The notes under the pieces: generated by a model
Database searches by the model: none
Seen by the model: only the letters and a program-made list of their open reading frames with translations
What the model was told of the DNA's origin: nothing
Shown here: piece by piece, positions 26,353-39,143 of the stretch
Numbering within the stretch: the stretch's first letter is position 1
Layout of the letters: every line of letters starts with the position of its first letter
Made by a program: the position numbers and the translations under genes
Source: Moniliella sp. 'wahieum'
Taxonomy: Eukaryota
Direction: 5' to 3'
Assembly: GCA_003971905.1 (NCBI GenBank)
Contig: RSEE01000018.1
Coordinates: forward strand, 620,001-684,000
Length of the DNA: 64,000 nt

Positions 26353-26956
26353 ATTAAAAAGACCCCCTTTAAGCTTTACGTACCATCGTCAAATCTGATG
26401 GCAGCATGCTACCTGGCACACATTCAGTGCACCCACAGCCAGCGTACGGGTGATACAATCCCTTCAGCATGGAAGAGGGTGGACCGATGGCGACGATAGC
26501 GACGGCGTAACGGTGGTCAAGGTGGTGACGGTGGCACCGGTGGCCCAAGCACAACAGGTTGGGGCGATGCCCCAGCAGACCGGGCTGTACTACTAGGCCC
26601 GGTGGCTCCCGAGAGTTATTATAACGGCAACGGAATTCTGGGCTGTGTTCTCGACGCGCTCAATGGTGGAACCATCTTGCGGTATCACATTTTTGCCCTC
26701 TCCGCTGGTTTAACCGTAGTTATTTACTGGTTATATTATTGGACGCCAGTCTTGCCTGTCATGTGACCGTCTGACCACGTATCGGGTATGTCAGCCGCTC
26801 AACTGCTGAGAAGTCGGCTCTCAAACTGCGGGCCATCCCGCGTGAAAAAAGGCATGTTGGAGCAGCAGAGCAGTACTATATAACCTGTTTTGTGGCGCTG
26901 TGGGGGAGGTTGGGACGAGCCGCCACAGCCCCAGGAGCCACCCCGCGCACCCCTCA

Positions 26957-27168
26957 TGCTGAGGCTGAGCGCTCAGCCTCAGCCTGGCCGAGCTGAGCGG
27001 CTGAGCGCGTTGGGCGCAGCACGCCGTCTCAGTACTCAGACCGTACTCAGACTCAGTCGAGTGAGTAGTGAGTGATTCGTGACGTATACTCAAGTACTCC
27101 AGTACTTACTGAGTACACTGAGTGGGGCGGGCGGTGTCAGATGTCAAATGTCACATGTCAATGTCAGG
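26957..27168. repeat. Heptamer palindrome cluster (AGCGCT, AGTACT, ACATGT) upstream of the PH-domain gene
   Basis: tg-agcgct-ca (26968), tc-agtact-ca (27031), tgtc-agatgt-c-aaatgt-c-acatgt-ca (27135-27160). Confidence 0.8.
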
Positions 27169-27328
27169 ACACAGGCTTTGGTGCCTGCCGGTGCCATAGG
27201 CTGGCTGCTACAAGAAGGGTTTAATTGCTTTCGGCTCAGATGCGCGCACCAGGGCTATAGTACCCCTTAAAGTAACCCGTCCCAACCACCGCCACCGCCG
27301 CCTCCGTCTTGACCCTTCCCCACCAAGC

Positions 27329-28701
27329 ATGGCCTCCTCTGCGTCCCATACTCGTCGCAGGTCGGCCAGCAACTTGCTCCCCGGCGCCCTTCATCCCACT
27401 CTTCGGGCCCGCCCCAAGGCCTATACTACCTCCAACACTGGCCGCTCGCACCCGATCATCGCCCCGTCGAACGCAGACGCATCGCCCGCGCGCACCTTGA
27501 CCAGCCCCAGTCCCGACTCTTCCCCCGTCTTGAGCACCTCGCCGCTCGCCTCCACCGTCCCTCCTCTGCCCATCCGCCAGGCGTCCACCCCCCATAATGC
27601 GCCCCTCGTCCGCTCGGCTACCGCTACAACACTTACTGCCACCGGCCCCGCTGCGGCTTCGGTCAACGCTTCCGACCTGGACCGGTCTGTGTTGCTGCAG
27701 GGGTGGGTGCTGAAGAAGAAGCGTAAGATGATGCAAGGTGTGCCTGCCTGTCCTGTATGATCGATGGAGTGAGTGGCATACTAACCTCGTGAGGTGCCAA
27801 CCAAAGGGTACGCTATGCGCTACTTTACGCTTGATAAGTCTGGCACCTTAAGCTACGCAATGGGACCTGGCCTCCCCGTCCGGGACGAAATTGAGGTGGT
27901 GCATGCAAGGGTCCTATCTAGCCTGCGCGACCAAAGCATCCACGTGGACAGTGGTGAAACCGTCTTCCGTTCGTCCTCCTCCCTCCCCTATGCGTGTCAT
28001 TTCCTACTTGCGCTGACCTATTGCTCGCTTGTTCTTGGGGTCGCGTCATCAGATCTGCGGATGCTCACCGACGCTGACTTCTCCCTCTGGCGCAACACAT
28101 TACGTGACACGATTGCAGGCGACGCAGCTACTCTCCGTTCCCCCTTCCCCAGCAACACGTCTACACCACCCAACCCGGGTCTGACAACTTTGTACAGGTG
28201 GACATGCGACCCATCTTGGAGGCTTCCCAGCGTATGCACGACACGCTTACCGAGGTTCAAAAGCACGTTGCACGAATTGTGGCCAAAACACCAGGAGCAT
28301 CGGAAGTGGCCGGTGAGATGGTTTCTGGTGCGTCTACCCGGGGAGGCGCTTCTTCAGCCTCGCTGTCGACCCCGGCCATCCAGGCTGCCAAGGTGGAAAG
28401 ACTGGTCACCCAGATGGCCGGCGAAAGCAGTGGTATGATTGCCTTTCTTGAAGGCAATCTGCCTCTGGGGGTGGGCGGGGAGGCAGATGCGGCCCCTGAC
28501 GGGGATGTCACGCCGACTCGCCGCCACCCCCACGCTGCCTTGCAACGCAAGGAGAGTTTTCAAAGTGCAACCGGCTCGTTTGCCGACCTGGACTCCTTTG
28601 CAGCTTTCCTCCCCTCCTCGAACGCGGCGGGATTACGCATCATCCGCTCAGCCTCGCCGTTGCCGTTGGGGAGCGAAAGTGACAGTACTGCCAGCTCGTG
28701 A
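27329..28701 (+). CDS. Osh3-type PH-domain protein lacking an oxysterol-binding domain; introns 27738-27806 and 27969-28052
   Basis: Spliced reading LQGWVLKKKRKMMQG|YAMRYFTLDKSGTLSY...IHVDSGETVF|HLRMLTDADFSLWRNTL resembles the Osh3/ORP3 PH domain. Both introns have GT/CT(A/G)AC/AG signals and restore frame. Confidence 0.75.
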
Positions 28702-29314
28702 CTCTTTCCCATTTTGCTCGCTTCTCCTTTTGATCACCTTTGTTGAAGTTTGACCAGGGTGTACTAATGGTTTACTCGCGTTCCTCCTGCAAACCCTGGC
28801 GGTTGGTCCCCACCCATTTTCGCATCCCTATCATTCGATCCGATTCCTCTTGTTCAACCTGTGCACCTCTCTTCTCTATCTGGCTGGCCCCGCATACGCA
28901 TCAACAACATATATCCCACTCCTTCAGCGCTCTGTCTTCAAAAATCTTTCGTGACGCCTACTGTGGGGGAGGAAACTAGGTTGGTGGTGCGTTAAGCAAG
29001 TAGCGCTTAGCAGTATACTTATGCCGGCTGGCAGAGGGCGCAGTGGGGCTGAGCGCACGAAGCTAAACGCCCACGGAGAATGCGAACGTGCACTTGTTAG
29101 GGGATTAAAATTGCAGATGGACGTGGACACGCGCTCAGTAGCTGTGACATGTGACATCCCATATCTCAGACGCCCTAATCATATCGGGAATGGATCCCCG
29201 CATCCAACGCACCCACACCCCCTCAGATCCTCAGACCCCCTCCGCCACCGCCACCTCCACCAACTCCATCCACCACCACGCCACGCACCCAGCTGTCCCA
29301 AAACCACACCGGCA

Positions 29315-30760
29315 ATGGCTGATGTCGAGTCCTGGCCCCAAACAAGGAGCAAGTCGGTGGACCACCACCCGCTCGAGTCCGCTGTCGACAGCGACAGCCT
29401 CCCGGCCGGCAATGCCGCCAAATTGACCTCCACTGAGGCCATCTCTTCTGCTCTGCCCCAAATCACCCTCTCCTATGGCACAGAGACCGGTGGCATATCA
29501 ACACCGGTCGTTCCTGGCGCCTCGGTGCCTCCCAGTATTTACACGGGTGGAGCTGGCGTCTCGCGCCAAGGCACAGAGACGAGCGAGTCGGATCCCTTGC
29601 TGCTGCGCTCCGCAAGGTAGGCGAGAATGAGTTGCGGCAGCGCGCGCAAAATGTGCGCGGTGCTCGTGGACGCAAGCGGGAAATGCGGTGGAGCAGTTTT
29701 ACCAGCGCCAAAACACGCACATTGATGACTTGCTTAAGCCCATGTCGGCCTATGTGGCCGATGATGCAGAACAGATGTCGGCCAACAGCACCAGGGTCAA
29801 GATTGGAATCTACGGCTCCATTGCGGCTAATTTTATTCTTGCTGCTCTTCAACTTTACGGCGCTGCTTCGTCCGCGTCTCTGTCTCTCATTGCTACATGT
29901 GTTGACAGTGTGTTCGACCCTGTACGTCCTCGTCGCTATCGGATGGCTCTGTGGTTGAGTCGGTTTGGGGGATGGTTGCGCGGTGCTGACGTTCTTTTCT
30001 CTCCATCGATGCGAATAGTTTGCCAACCTAATTCTTAACTATCTGCACCGTAAATCGGAAAAGGTTGACTTGCGGAAATGGCCATGTGGGGGGGGTCGGT
30101 TTGAGACAATTGCCAACATTGCCTATGCCTTTTTGATGGGCAGTGTGTCGCAATCGTGATCGTCGAGTCGATTCGTGATCTCGCTTCGCACCACGCGAGC
30201 GATAAGGAAACGCTTCATGTGGCTTCCCTCGTTGTTGTGGGCGTTGCATTCTGTGTCAAGGCGGCCTTGGCAGTATACTGCTATTCGTTGCGCAAGTTTA
30301 GCTCGCAGCTCGAGATGCTGTACGAGGACCATCGCAACGATCTGTTTATCAATGGGTTGGGTATTATCACTTCGGCTTTGGGATCGCAGGTCTGGTTCCT
30401 AGATCCGCTGGGGGCGATTGCATTTCGCTGTTTATCTTGGGCGCCTGGTTCTTAACCTCTGTTCGCGAATTTCGCCTGCTGGCTGGCGTCACAGCCCCCC
30501 CGAGGTGCTGAGTTGCTGGCGTACAAAGTGATGCTCTACACGAGAAGATTGAGTGGTCGACACGGTGAAGGCGTACTGGTGGGGCCCACGCCTGATTGTG
30601 GAGTTGACATTGTCATGCGCCTGAAACGCCGCTGTGGATGGCCCACGATGTGTCGCAAGACCTCCAAGACCGCATCGAAGAATTGCCAATGGTCGAGCGG
30701 GCCCATGTGCATGTGGACCACGAGTCGGACCACACACCCGAACACCGCAAGGCTGTGTAG
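29315..30760 (+). CDS. Cation diffusion facilitator, Mn-CDF/MTP8-11-like; intron 29922-30018, frameshifted
   Basis: FYQRQNTHIDDLL, ANFILAALQLYGA..SASLSLIATCVDSVFDP, RFETIANI, YEDHRNDLFING, LDPLGAI, C-terminal ERAHVHVDHE..HTPEH. Confidence 0.9.
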
Positions 30761-31369
30761 TTGCCCGCCTCCTCTCTCCGCCAAAACCCACTAGTCCCAC
30801 TACCAACCAAATTTTTCAGGCTTCCCCCTATCATTTGCTACCAATCTCGCTACCTGTACTCACCATCCAATGTTGATAATCCAACTCAGCATCAAGTTGT
30901 CGTGTGATGTAATAGTAAGGCATAGCAAACATGGCGTTGTTGGGGCACAGGAAAGGTAATTGCATTGGCAGCACTGGAAGTGAGAGCGGTCAAGTGGCGC
31001 TGGAGTGTGTGGATACGACTTTCGCCACCATCTGGCTTGAGCGCGTGAGCAAGCTCTGGGATTGATGCGATGGCAGGATTTGGCCAAAGGATTTCGGTGG
31101 ATTGGAGTACGAACTAGCCACTTGATGAGGGCTGATGACTCGATACCCACAACCGTCTATATACAATTGGGCAGGGCCGGGGACCCGCTTCTACGAAGTA
31201 CAGAGTGTGCGCAGGCAGTAAGCAACGCGGGCGAGTAGAAACGAATATAGGACGGCTTCATTTAAACGAAAATAGGTCACACCTACTTGCGACGGGGCTG
31301 TTGGTGTTTCGCATTTCCTTCTCATATGCAGATATGGCATAGCAGGAAGAGGTTGACGAAAACAGAAGG

Positions 31370-34300
31370 CTAGGTCGTCACTTGGGCACGGAAGCGAGCC
31401 AACTTGCTTGCAGTGGGCTGGGGCGCTTGGGATTGAGATTGGAACTGGCTTTCGTCCACGTCGGGGGCTTGAGTCTCTTCCAGCCCCGACGCGGCCAAGC
31501 GCCTTCCTGCGTGCGTGCCGTCTCGAGGGTGAGGCGAAGGCTCTCTTCTTGGGTTTCGCCCAAGCCACCTCTTCCTGAGTTTCTTCATCAACCAGTGCAG
31601 GCGTAGGCTCCGTGGTCGGACCCGTTGCAAATGGGAGCTTGCCCTGCCGCTGTTTCTTGGAGGCCGCCTTGCCCATACCGGAAGCCGGATCAGTACCGTG
31701 CACCGTGCGCAGCTCGGTTAAAGCGGTCTGTAGGCCTTCCGCATCATCCACACGGTTGAAAAAGCTGGCACTCTTGTAGACTGGGGTCGCGAGTCATGCC
31801 CCGTTCTTGCGGGCAAAAGGGTTGCCACCTTTGGCTCGAGCAAAGGGATTGCGGCTCGCTGAGGCACAAGCAGAGTCAGTGTCATAGATAAGAAATGAAT
31901 CAGACGACATACCTTTCTCAGGAGGAGCGGGTGGGGGAGGATCATCGTTCGCTTTGCGCTTCCGACCTTCGTCACTGTCCTCCTGCATCGCCTCCTCGGC
32001 ATTCGCCTCATCGTTCTGCATTTGCTGGCGAAGCAGATTCACCTCCTCCTGGTCATAGCAGACTGTTGGGATGGTTGAGGACGGAGGAACGAACTAGATG
32101 GAGGTGCGAGAGAAGTGCTGCGCGACGAAGGGAGAGGGGTCATGCTCTCTTCTCGTCGGCTCGGCAGCGGCGTGAGCTTAGACCGACGCGACAAGGCATC
32201 CGAGTTGAAGTCTTGCGTCAACGCCTTCTTTGCCCGAGCCACCGCCGATTGTTGACTATCGTCAGGCGCAGGGCCTCGTTGGATAGTAGGAGCAATGACA
32301 ATCGTCCCCCCAGGTACAATGTTGGTTCGGGCTTCGGCTCGAGCAGCGACAATGGGCTTGAGATCACGGATTTGTTCCGCCAAGTTGGCCATGCCAAAGT
32401 AGGCTGCGATTTGGGCAGCAGCGACGACAGAGCGGGGCATGTTGAGCTCGCGCGCGGCATCAAGCGCCTTGTTTTGGTCGCTGGCCTTACACACTGCTTG
32501 GAGTGTCTGGAGCAACGCACGATCTGCCTCGCTTTCCAACGTCTCTGGGTTGGCGTCCTGGCTCTTGGGCGCTTGAGCCGGCTGAGCACGGGCTTGGTCG
32601 AAGTAAGCATCAGACGAAGGAAGGTCTCCTCATGTTTCGCCTCCTCGGCACCAACCGACGTAAGCACAGGTACACGTAGCGGCACTTCATGGATCAAAGG
32701 TGTGGGTGCCGACGGGTCTGGTTGGGTTACTCGTGAACCCTTCAAGGCGAGCGTCACCGCCGCTCGCCAGGTGACCGAGATAGGCCAATAATGGACATCT
32801 GTACGCTCCCCATCCTCCATGGTACGCACATCCAGCACTGGGACCCAATGCCCGGACTGGGGTGAAGAAAGGACGCTCAACACTCCGCGCGAATCCCAGA
32901 TAGCAGGGGAGTCCAAGTCGTTGAAGCCAATCCAAGTCAGGCTTGCTCCTTGGGCCAGAGGGATCACGCCGTGCCCCATCGGGGCGAAGGATTGAAGATC
33001 AAAGAGCTGTATGTCAACTCTTGGTATCCACCCAGGGCAACCGGCGGCCCCGTCACAACCATGCCAGTGTACGACCCGCCCGCCACTGCAACAACTCGGC
33101 CACCAACAGACCAAATGGCACGTTGCAGCCCTGCACGGGAGAAAATGCGAAGGAAGCCGTCGCTGTCGAGGCAAGGATCACCGTGGCAGCGGCTGCGGCC
33201 GTGTCCAGTTCGTCCTCTACATCCGCGTTAGGCTTGCGTTTGGGTCCACCCAGTGCAAGACAGGTGGCTCGCACACCACTCGGGAGCGATACGCGCCATT
33301 CGGAGCTGTGGACCAGCCCAGCTCAAAGGGCTTGAAGAACAATACTCCTTCTTGTCGGGCGACGTGGGCTTGGAGGCAAACACCGCACCTTGTTCACTCA
33401 GTGCACCAACAGCAAAGCCCCCGTCTCGGTGAGGCGCCAGTTGCGGCGAGCTGACGTGTTAAAGCTCTCAAAGTTGATCGTTTGCCCAGCCCTTTCACCT
33501 TCAATATTGGTTTGCTCGACGGCCACAAGAGTGCCCACAGTGTTGCAAGCAAGATAGCGACGGCCATTGCGGGAAGGAGTTGAAGTGGGTTGAAATGTTT
33601 TTTGCCCCCGGCGCAGGAGACGAGTCAGGTGAGACGGCAAGACCGAGACCTCTGACTCGTTGTCCGACTCGCTCAAGACCCCAGGGCTTGGGTGACGACG
33701 TGCGCGAGGTTCATGGCCCCGGGGAGAGGCAATCAGGGTAACCCATGTCGAATGGATCCATCGGGGCATTGGATGGGGACGCCGTTGGGCCAGCATGACG
33801 AGCTGTTTGTGCAGAGCGAGCACGACTGGTGCTGGGGTCTTCGTTCTCGGCTCGTCGAGCGACCGGGAAAGGAGGAGAGCGGGCGCCGTGTTGCAATGGG
33901 AAGGTACCCTGGCTTGTCCATATTCGCGGGCAAAACATCTTCCCAACGGTAGAGCTGGCCACCCAAGTCGGCCCAGGCCAGAGCATCCCGATCAACAGCC
34001 CAAGAAATAGAGACAATGTCCGATTCAGACGTCTTGCGTGCGATCGGTGCCAAAGTAGTCATATCCCATAGGGTGAGCTGTCCATTACCTGCCGTGGCTG
34101 AGGCAAGGTAGCGCCCATTGAACGAAAAAGCCAGCGCAGAAATGGGCCCTGATGGAGGTGCAACGCCGTTTTGGGGTTGACCGTTGAAAACACGATGGCG
34201 CTCCCATAGACCAGTGCCAGTATTGCGACCATATACCACGAGCTCATTAGTCTTGCTAGGAAGGACGAAAAAGCGGCCGCTTGGATGCCATAGGGCGTAG

Positions 34301-34999
34301 ATGGCATGGGGTGTAGCCAACAGCAGTCACTGGGAGAACATCTTTGATGACCTGTACAGCTGCCGGGCCACCAGGTCCGGCGGCAGCAAGAGCATCGGAC
34401 GACAGGTCCCAGATACGCGCCGTTCCATCGCACGAAGCAGTGATCAAGGTTGGGGAAATGGGACACCAGGACGCCGTGCGAACCGCTCGCTCATGTCCCG
34501 TGAGGAGAATGGAGTCGAGGGGGTCGGCAAGACTGATGACGCGAACGACCAGATCATCGCTGACAACAGCAACACGGCGAACTGAATCCGGGTTGTCAGG
34601 AGCCAGACGCTGTTCCGGGGCAAGTTCGAGTGCAGTGGCGCGGACGGGTAGGGGCGTGCGAGTGAGCAGTTTCTGCATGACCCATGTGTCAGGTGCAGCC
34701 AGGGCGGTGGCGTCGGTGGGCTCGGGGAGCGCGTAAACGCGCACACAACCGTCCTCGGCACCTGTAATGAGGGTGGAAAGACCAGCATCGATCCAGGAGA
34801 TCTGAGCAGTGGCATCCTCGAGGGCAATGTTGACCGAGCCCTGGTCGGACCGGGTGCTGAGGACGCGAACAATGTAGTCATCTCCGCCAGTGAAGAGCAC
34901 GTCGAGCCCGGAGCCTCGCGGGGCATGGCGAACAAGGGTGAGTCCGGGCCCATGGACTACCTGCTGGCTGACGCCTTGCTGGCGCGGTTGCAACGCCAT
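31370..34999 (-). CDS. CTF4: Ctf4/Mcl1/SepB (AND-1) replisome hub: N-terminal WD40 + Mcl1_mid domain; frameshifted
   Basis: WD40 repeats (LFTGGDD, LITGAEDGCVRVY, GHERAVR..W.P...LITASCDGTARIWD, LAFSFNGRYLAS), FQPTSTP..NGRRYLA.N.VG, LTWIGF....SPAIWDSRGVL..HWVPVLD, YWPISV, DRALLQ.LQ..CK....KALD, NPFAR motifs. Confidence 0.88.
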
Positions 35000-35399
35000 A
35001 ACGGGGGAGGAGGGAGGGGAGGGAGGGAGGCGGGAGCGGGGGAGGTGGTGGTGGTGGTGGTGAACCCAGACTTGGTCGACGTGTCTGCTGGCGTGGCGCA
35101 CAGCCGTGTCGTGTCGCGTCGCGCTAACCCTAGCATTTGTCGAAGGCGCGACGCGTACTGCATGGAAATTGCATTTTTGCAACTCAACGCACTGAACCCA
35201 TTTGCGTGACGGTTGGGGTTGCCACCGTCCACACCCACACCAAACCCAGTGAGCACCCCGAGCACCACGCCCAACGCCCAGCAGAGAGCTAGGGAACATA
35301 CCCACCAACGCCCCCCAACCTACCAGACGCCGCCATGCATCCGGGCTGTCGTCCATAGTTCCTGGCTAGTCCCTACGCGCAAACCAGCTTGCGCTCCCG

Positions 35400-36724
35400 A
35401 AACATTATCACAGCGGCACATGGAATAAGTTCATCATCAGTGGCATTTGGTAGAAGTAGCACGTGTGCGTAACCATGGAATGGAGTGAATGGGTGGCAAA
35501 TGGGTATCGTAATGCAATTAGTGATGATCGATGCGGGGATGAAGAAGGCTGCCATGGAGAGGGGAGGAGAAAAAAGAGTAGTGTGAGGTATCCCTGTTCG
35601 TAATACCGTCGGGCCTGATAATCGTGGGTCGAAGATGTTCACCCGAGGGAGGGCAAAGGCTGGGATTGCAGTGCATCCCGTGTGTCACGCAGCATGAGAG
35701 TGCAATAATACGAGACCCTTCAGGGAACCACACCATAGGCTTCTCCTTGTGACTAGGCAAGACGAAAGACCGGTGCCGACATCTGGCATTAATAAGCTGA
35801 TGACTGAAGTCCTTGCACTGGTCGTCTCACTGTCCGGCATATCCTCTTCGGAAGAAACAGACGGCGTCGCTGGCACAGGCACGGTCATCTCATCCGAGGG
35901 CATAGGGGTGAAGACAACGCGTGTCTCCTTGACGGAATGGACGGCTTGCGAATAGTGGGTACTGGTCCTTGTACGAGGCCGGGCGCACCCGCCTCTCCGT
36001 TAGCACAAGAAGGTGAGACAGGCGCTTGGGCCGGAGCGGATGCAGCCGATGCCGAGGATGCAGACCGGGAACGTCCCCAGGCATTGCTCTGAGTGACGAG
36101 GTGATCGGGAGATGTGTGTCGGGTGGAAGCGCGACTGGTGAAGCCACTGCGGGGCCAGTATGTGCGCGAGGGCGGCTGGTGCTGTAAGGCTCGGCACGCG
36201 AGCGGGCTTGGTGTGTCCCAAGTGGACGAACAGGAGATGATGGAGGATGTCGTTGTCCACGGGACCTGGAACGCGAGCGGGCTGTGGCAGGGGTATTCCT
36301 GCCACTTGCACAGCTCAAATTGGAGTATGGAGGTTCCGAGAGGAGCGCGCAGATTGAAAGGAAGGAGAACCAGGGGGAGGGGATAGCGAAGGGGAAGTCG
36401 ATGCAGGATGGAAATGTCCTTCAGACTCGATACTGGGCCCAATGCAACGGAGCCGAGTGTAGTAAAAAGGGAGTCGCGCAGGTCGCGGATGGCGTGACCA
36501 CGGTCACCAGCGTAAACGGTCTGGAGCGAGCCAATGAGACTGTCCACATCGGCATCGTACATGGTAGTCATGATGGGAAGGATGAGAGCAGTGAGGAGAG
36601 TGGGTAAGATGGTGATGGGGGTAGTGGAGGTGGCGATGACGAAGAAGCCTGGGAGCGGCAACTTAAGAAATATCCGCTTGATGAAATCTGACGTCGGCTT
36701 CGGGAACAGGGAGGCGGTGGACAA
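35400..36724 (-). CDS. Hypothetical protein, Cys/His-containing; frameshifted
   Basis: Chained minus-strand ORFs 35885-36724, 35685-35903 and 35518-35760, preceded by a palindrome-array region. No family recognised. Confidence 0.3.
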
Positions 36725-36852
36725 AATGGAGAGAGTTCGGCGGATGCCGCGGGGGCAGTGCTTTCCAGCTGGTGGCCGGCTATTCCCCGGCGGCGCTCAG
36801 CTGGCGCAGGCGGGCGCTCTGGAGAGTGGGGTGGTGCCTGCGCCCTCCTCCG

Positions 36853-37560
36853 TCATCGCGTCATCGATCATCGACATCTGCCCTTGTGCTGAGACTCAGC
36901 TCTCCGCCTGCGTCAGGTCCCCAACCCCCCGAGGCACCCAAGAGCGGTGCTGTGCCGTCACCCGCACTGCAGCAGAGCAGTGTATCACACACACCACGCG
37001 TCAGCTAACGGCTCAGTCTGCCGGCCATCCCGCATGAGTCACCGGTCAACGTCAACGGCCTTACTGATCGCATCGATCACACGAGCCACATATCCCAGTC
37101 GGCCCCAGTCGGCCCCGGTCGACTCCAGTGGCTCAGGCACGGGAAGGCTTCGCAGTGGCTTCGCCTGCTTGGCGACCCACAGCCACGCGAGCATCTTCAA
37201 AGCTTCAAGCTTCTCAGAGCCCAAGACAAGAGCTTCATGTTCTGTCTGTCGCAGTACAGGCCGCCACCGTGCTCCATGCTGACACTTGTGTTCCTGAAAA
37301 TTTTGGGTTACATGTCACATGCGTCACACCAGATGCTGTTTTGCGCTTGGGTGTCAGCGCGTCAGCTCGAGCTCCTCAAGCTTCAAGTTTTGAAGCTTTA
37401 AGCTTCGAGCTTCGAGCAGCACAAAATGCCGGCCCACAATGTCGATGGTGTTCTCATCGACATACCGGCCTTCTGCGTCACCAACTCCCCAACCAGCATG
37501 GGTGAGATGGGACATGCATGTGACATACTGACATGTGACACCACACATGTGACATGTGGC
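36853..37560. repeat. Heptamer palindrome cluster (ATCGAT, ACCGGT, AAGCTT, ACATGT)
   Basis: tc-atcgat-ca (36863), tc-accggt-ca (37040), aagctt-c-aagctt (37200-37212), aagctt-t-aagctt (37394-37406), acatgt-g-acatgt (37545-37557). Confidence 0.8.
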
Positions 37561-38922
37561 GCATCAATGTGCCGGGAGTGGCAAAAAACCTATACGGTTG
37601 ATGGATTAATAAACAACAGATGTATGGATTGAATCTGAAGAATATACATTCAATGTTTGATTGTAAGGGGGAGAGAGGGTCTGGTGCCACAACACTGCAA
37701 CAGTGGTACCAACAGCCCTAGTCTCCATGGTTCCCTTCGGTGTTTCTTCCAACAAAATATTCTTCCTTAACAGAAAATAATGGAGGTGAGGAAAAGGATG
37801 AGGAACATATTCATCGAGGGAAAAAAAAAGGATGAAGCGACTAGGTATATATACCTCGGAGAAGATAGCATGCGAGCTGAGTCGAACGTAGAAGAAGGGG
37901 AGCGTAGACAAAGGGGGAACATTTTCTAGAAAACAAAAATCAGAGTCCACAAACCTGTGGTGACTGACTACATATATGTTTGACCGGGGGTCAGGTCCCG
38001 ACATTCCCCTGGAAGGTTTAGCAATATTCTTTGTCATACACACAATGCTTGGGTTCACTCAAAAGGGGATATAAGAGGAGCACCAATCCTCAAGCCTCTT
38101 TGAGTTCTGTAGCAATCGACCGAGCAGCTGTCCGAGCAGCGATCATGATCGTCTACAAGGATTCGATTCCGTCCTTTGGGAAGCAACGACGCATCTGCAA
38201 CATGAAGACCGTGTGGGTCATACACTCGCGGGTTGGGGATCGCACGCTGTTTCACTTGGATCCAACCCCATCCGTACGTGCCCATCTGGAGAGCTTGAAA
38301 CAACTTGGACGTTGACGGAAGAAGAGAAACCTCAGCGGCTGCAAAAACTTGGCAAGCGACAATGAGCTCTTGTGAGTCCAGGTCCTCCATGAGGATGAGC
38401 GGATTGGGCCTGGCGAAGCCGGTTGCTTTGAACTGGAATGTGAGTGAATGTGAGTGGGGACCATCAATGCTATATATACACGCACACTCGCCCAGCGTTC
38501 ACGAAACAAAGGAAGGTAGTAGAGGCGGGCCGGTTGATCGTGATCCCCCTGTGATTGGAAACCAGAGTCTCAATACACCCAGCTATTATATATATAGTTG
38601 CAAGCTCACATGCAAAGAGAAAACCAAAAGACGCACACCTAATTTACTATTGCTTCCAGACACGAGGAGCATGCCCTGATATTGATGTGACCAAAAGGAA
38701 CAACCAGAGCGGATAGGGCAAAACACCTATAATTTTGCCAGTGCGATGCTCCCCCATTCCGTTTTGTACGTTCGATAGGAGAGTGCTGAACGCTGGGAAG
38801 TAAATAGTAACAGAAACACGAAAAGGACGGGATGCGAGCTCCATGATGAGGAAGATCCGGTCGAGCAAAAATACTCTTCAATCATTCAATATGTCACGGT
38901 CAGAGATAAACGGCTGCCTTTT

Positions 38923-39102
38923 TGTCATAGTTTGGCTGATCTCGCTCCCATTTCCAATTTCTTCGTCTCGAGCGTCTCGCTCCTTCCCTGTTCCTTCCAC
39001 TTCGCACCATGTCCTCTGTTCTTGCTTCTTCCCCACGAACGATTGCTACACCCTTGGCCTAGTCCGATCCTGGTCTCCCTCGCCTTAGCCCCGACTGTGA
39101 CA
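38923..39102 (+). repeat. 5' LTR (180 bp)
   Basis: tgtcatagt...actgtgaca, direct repeat of 42401-42580; I see only two compensating 1-bp indels. Confidence 0.95.
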
Positions 39103-39143
39103 TTATCGTTCGTCTAACCGTCAACAGGCGAGCCCGACCAGAG

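Noticed and set aside
35518..35760. RING-H2 finger in IIALSCCVTHGMHC
   Set aside because: The first CxxC pair and the terminal W..CP.C could not be found in register, so it is left as hypothetical.
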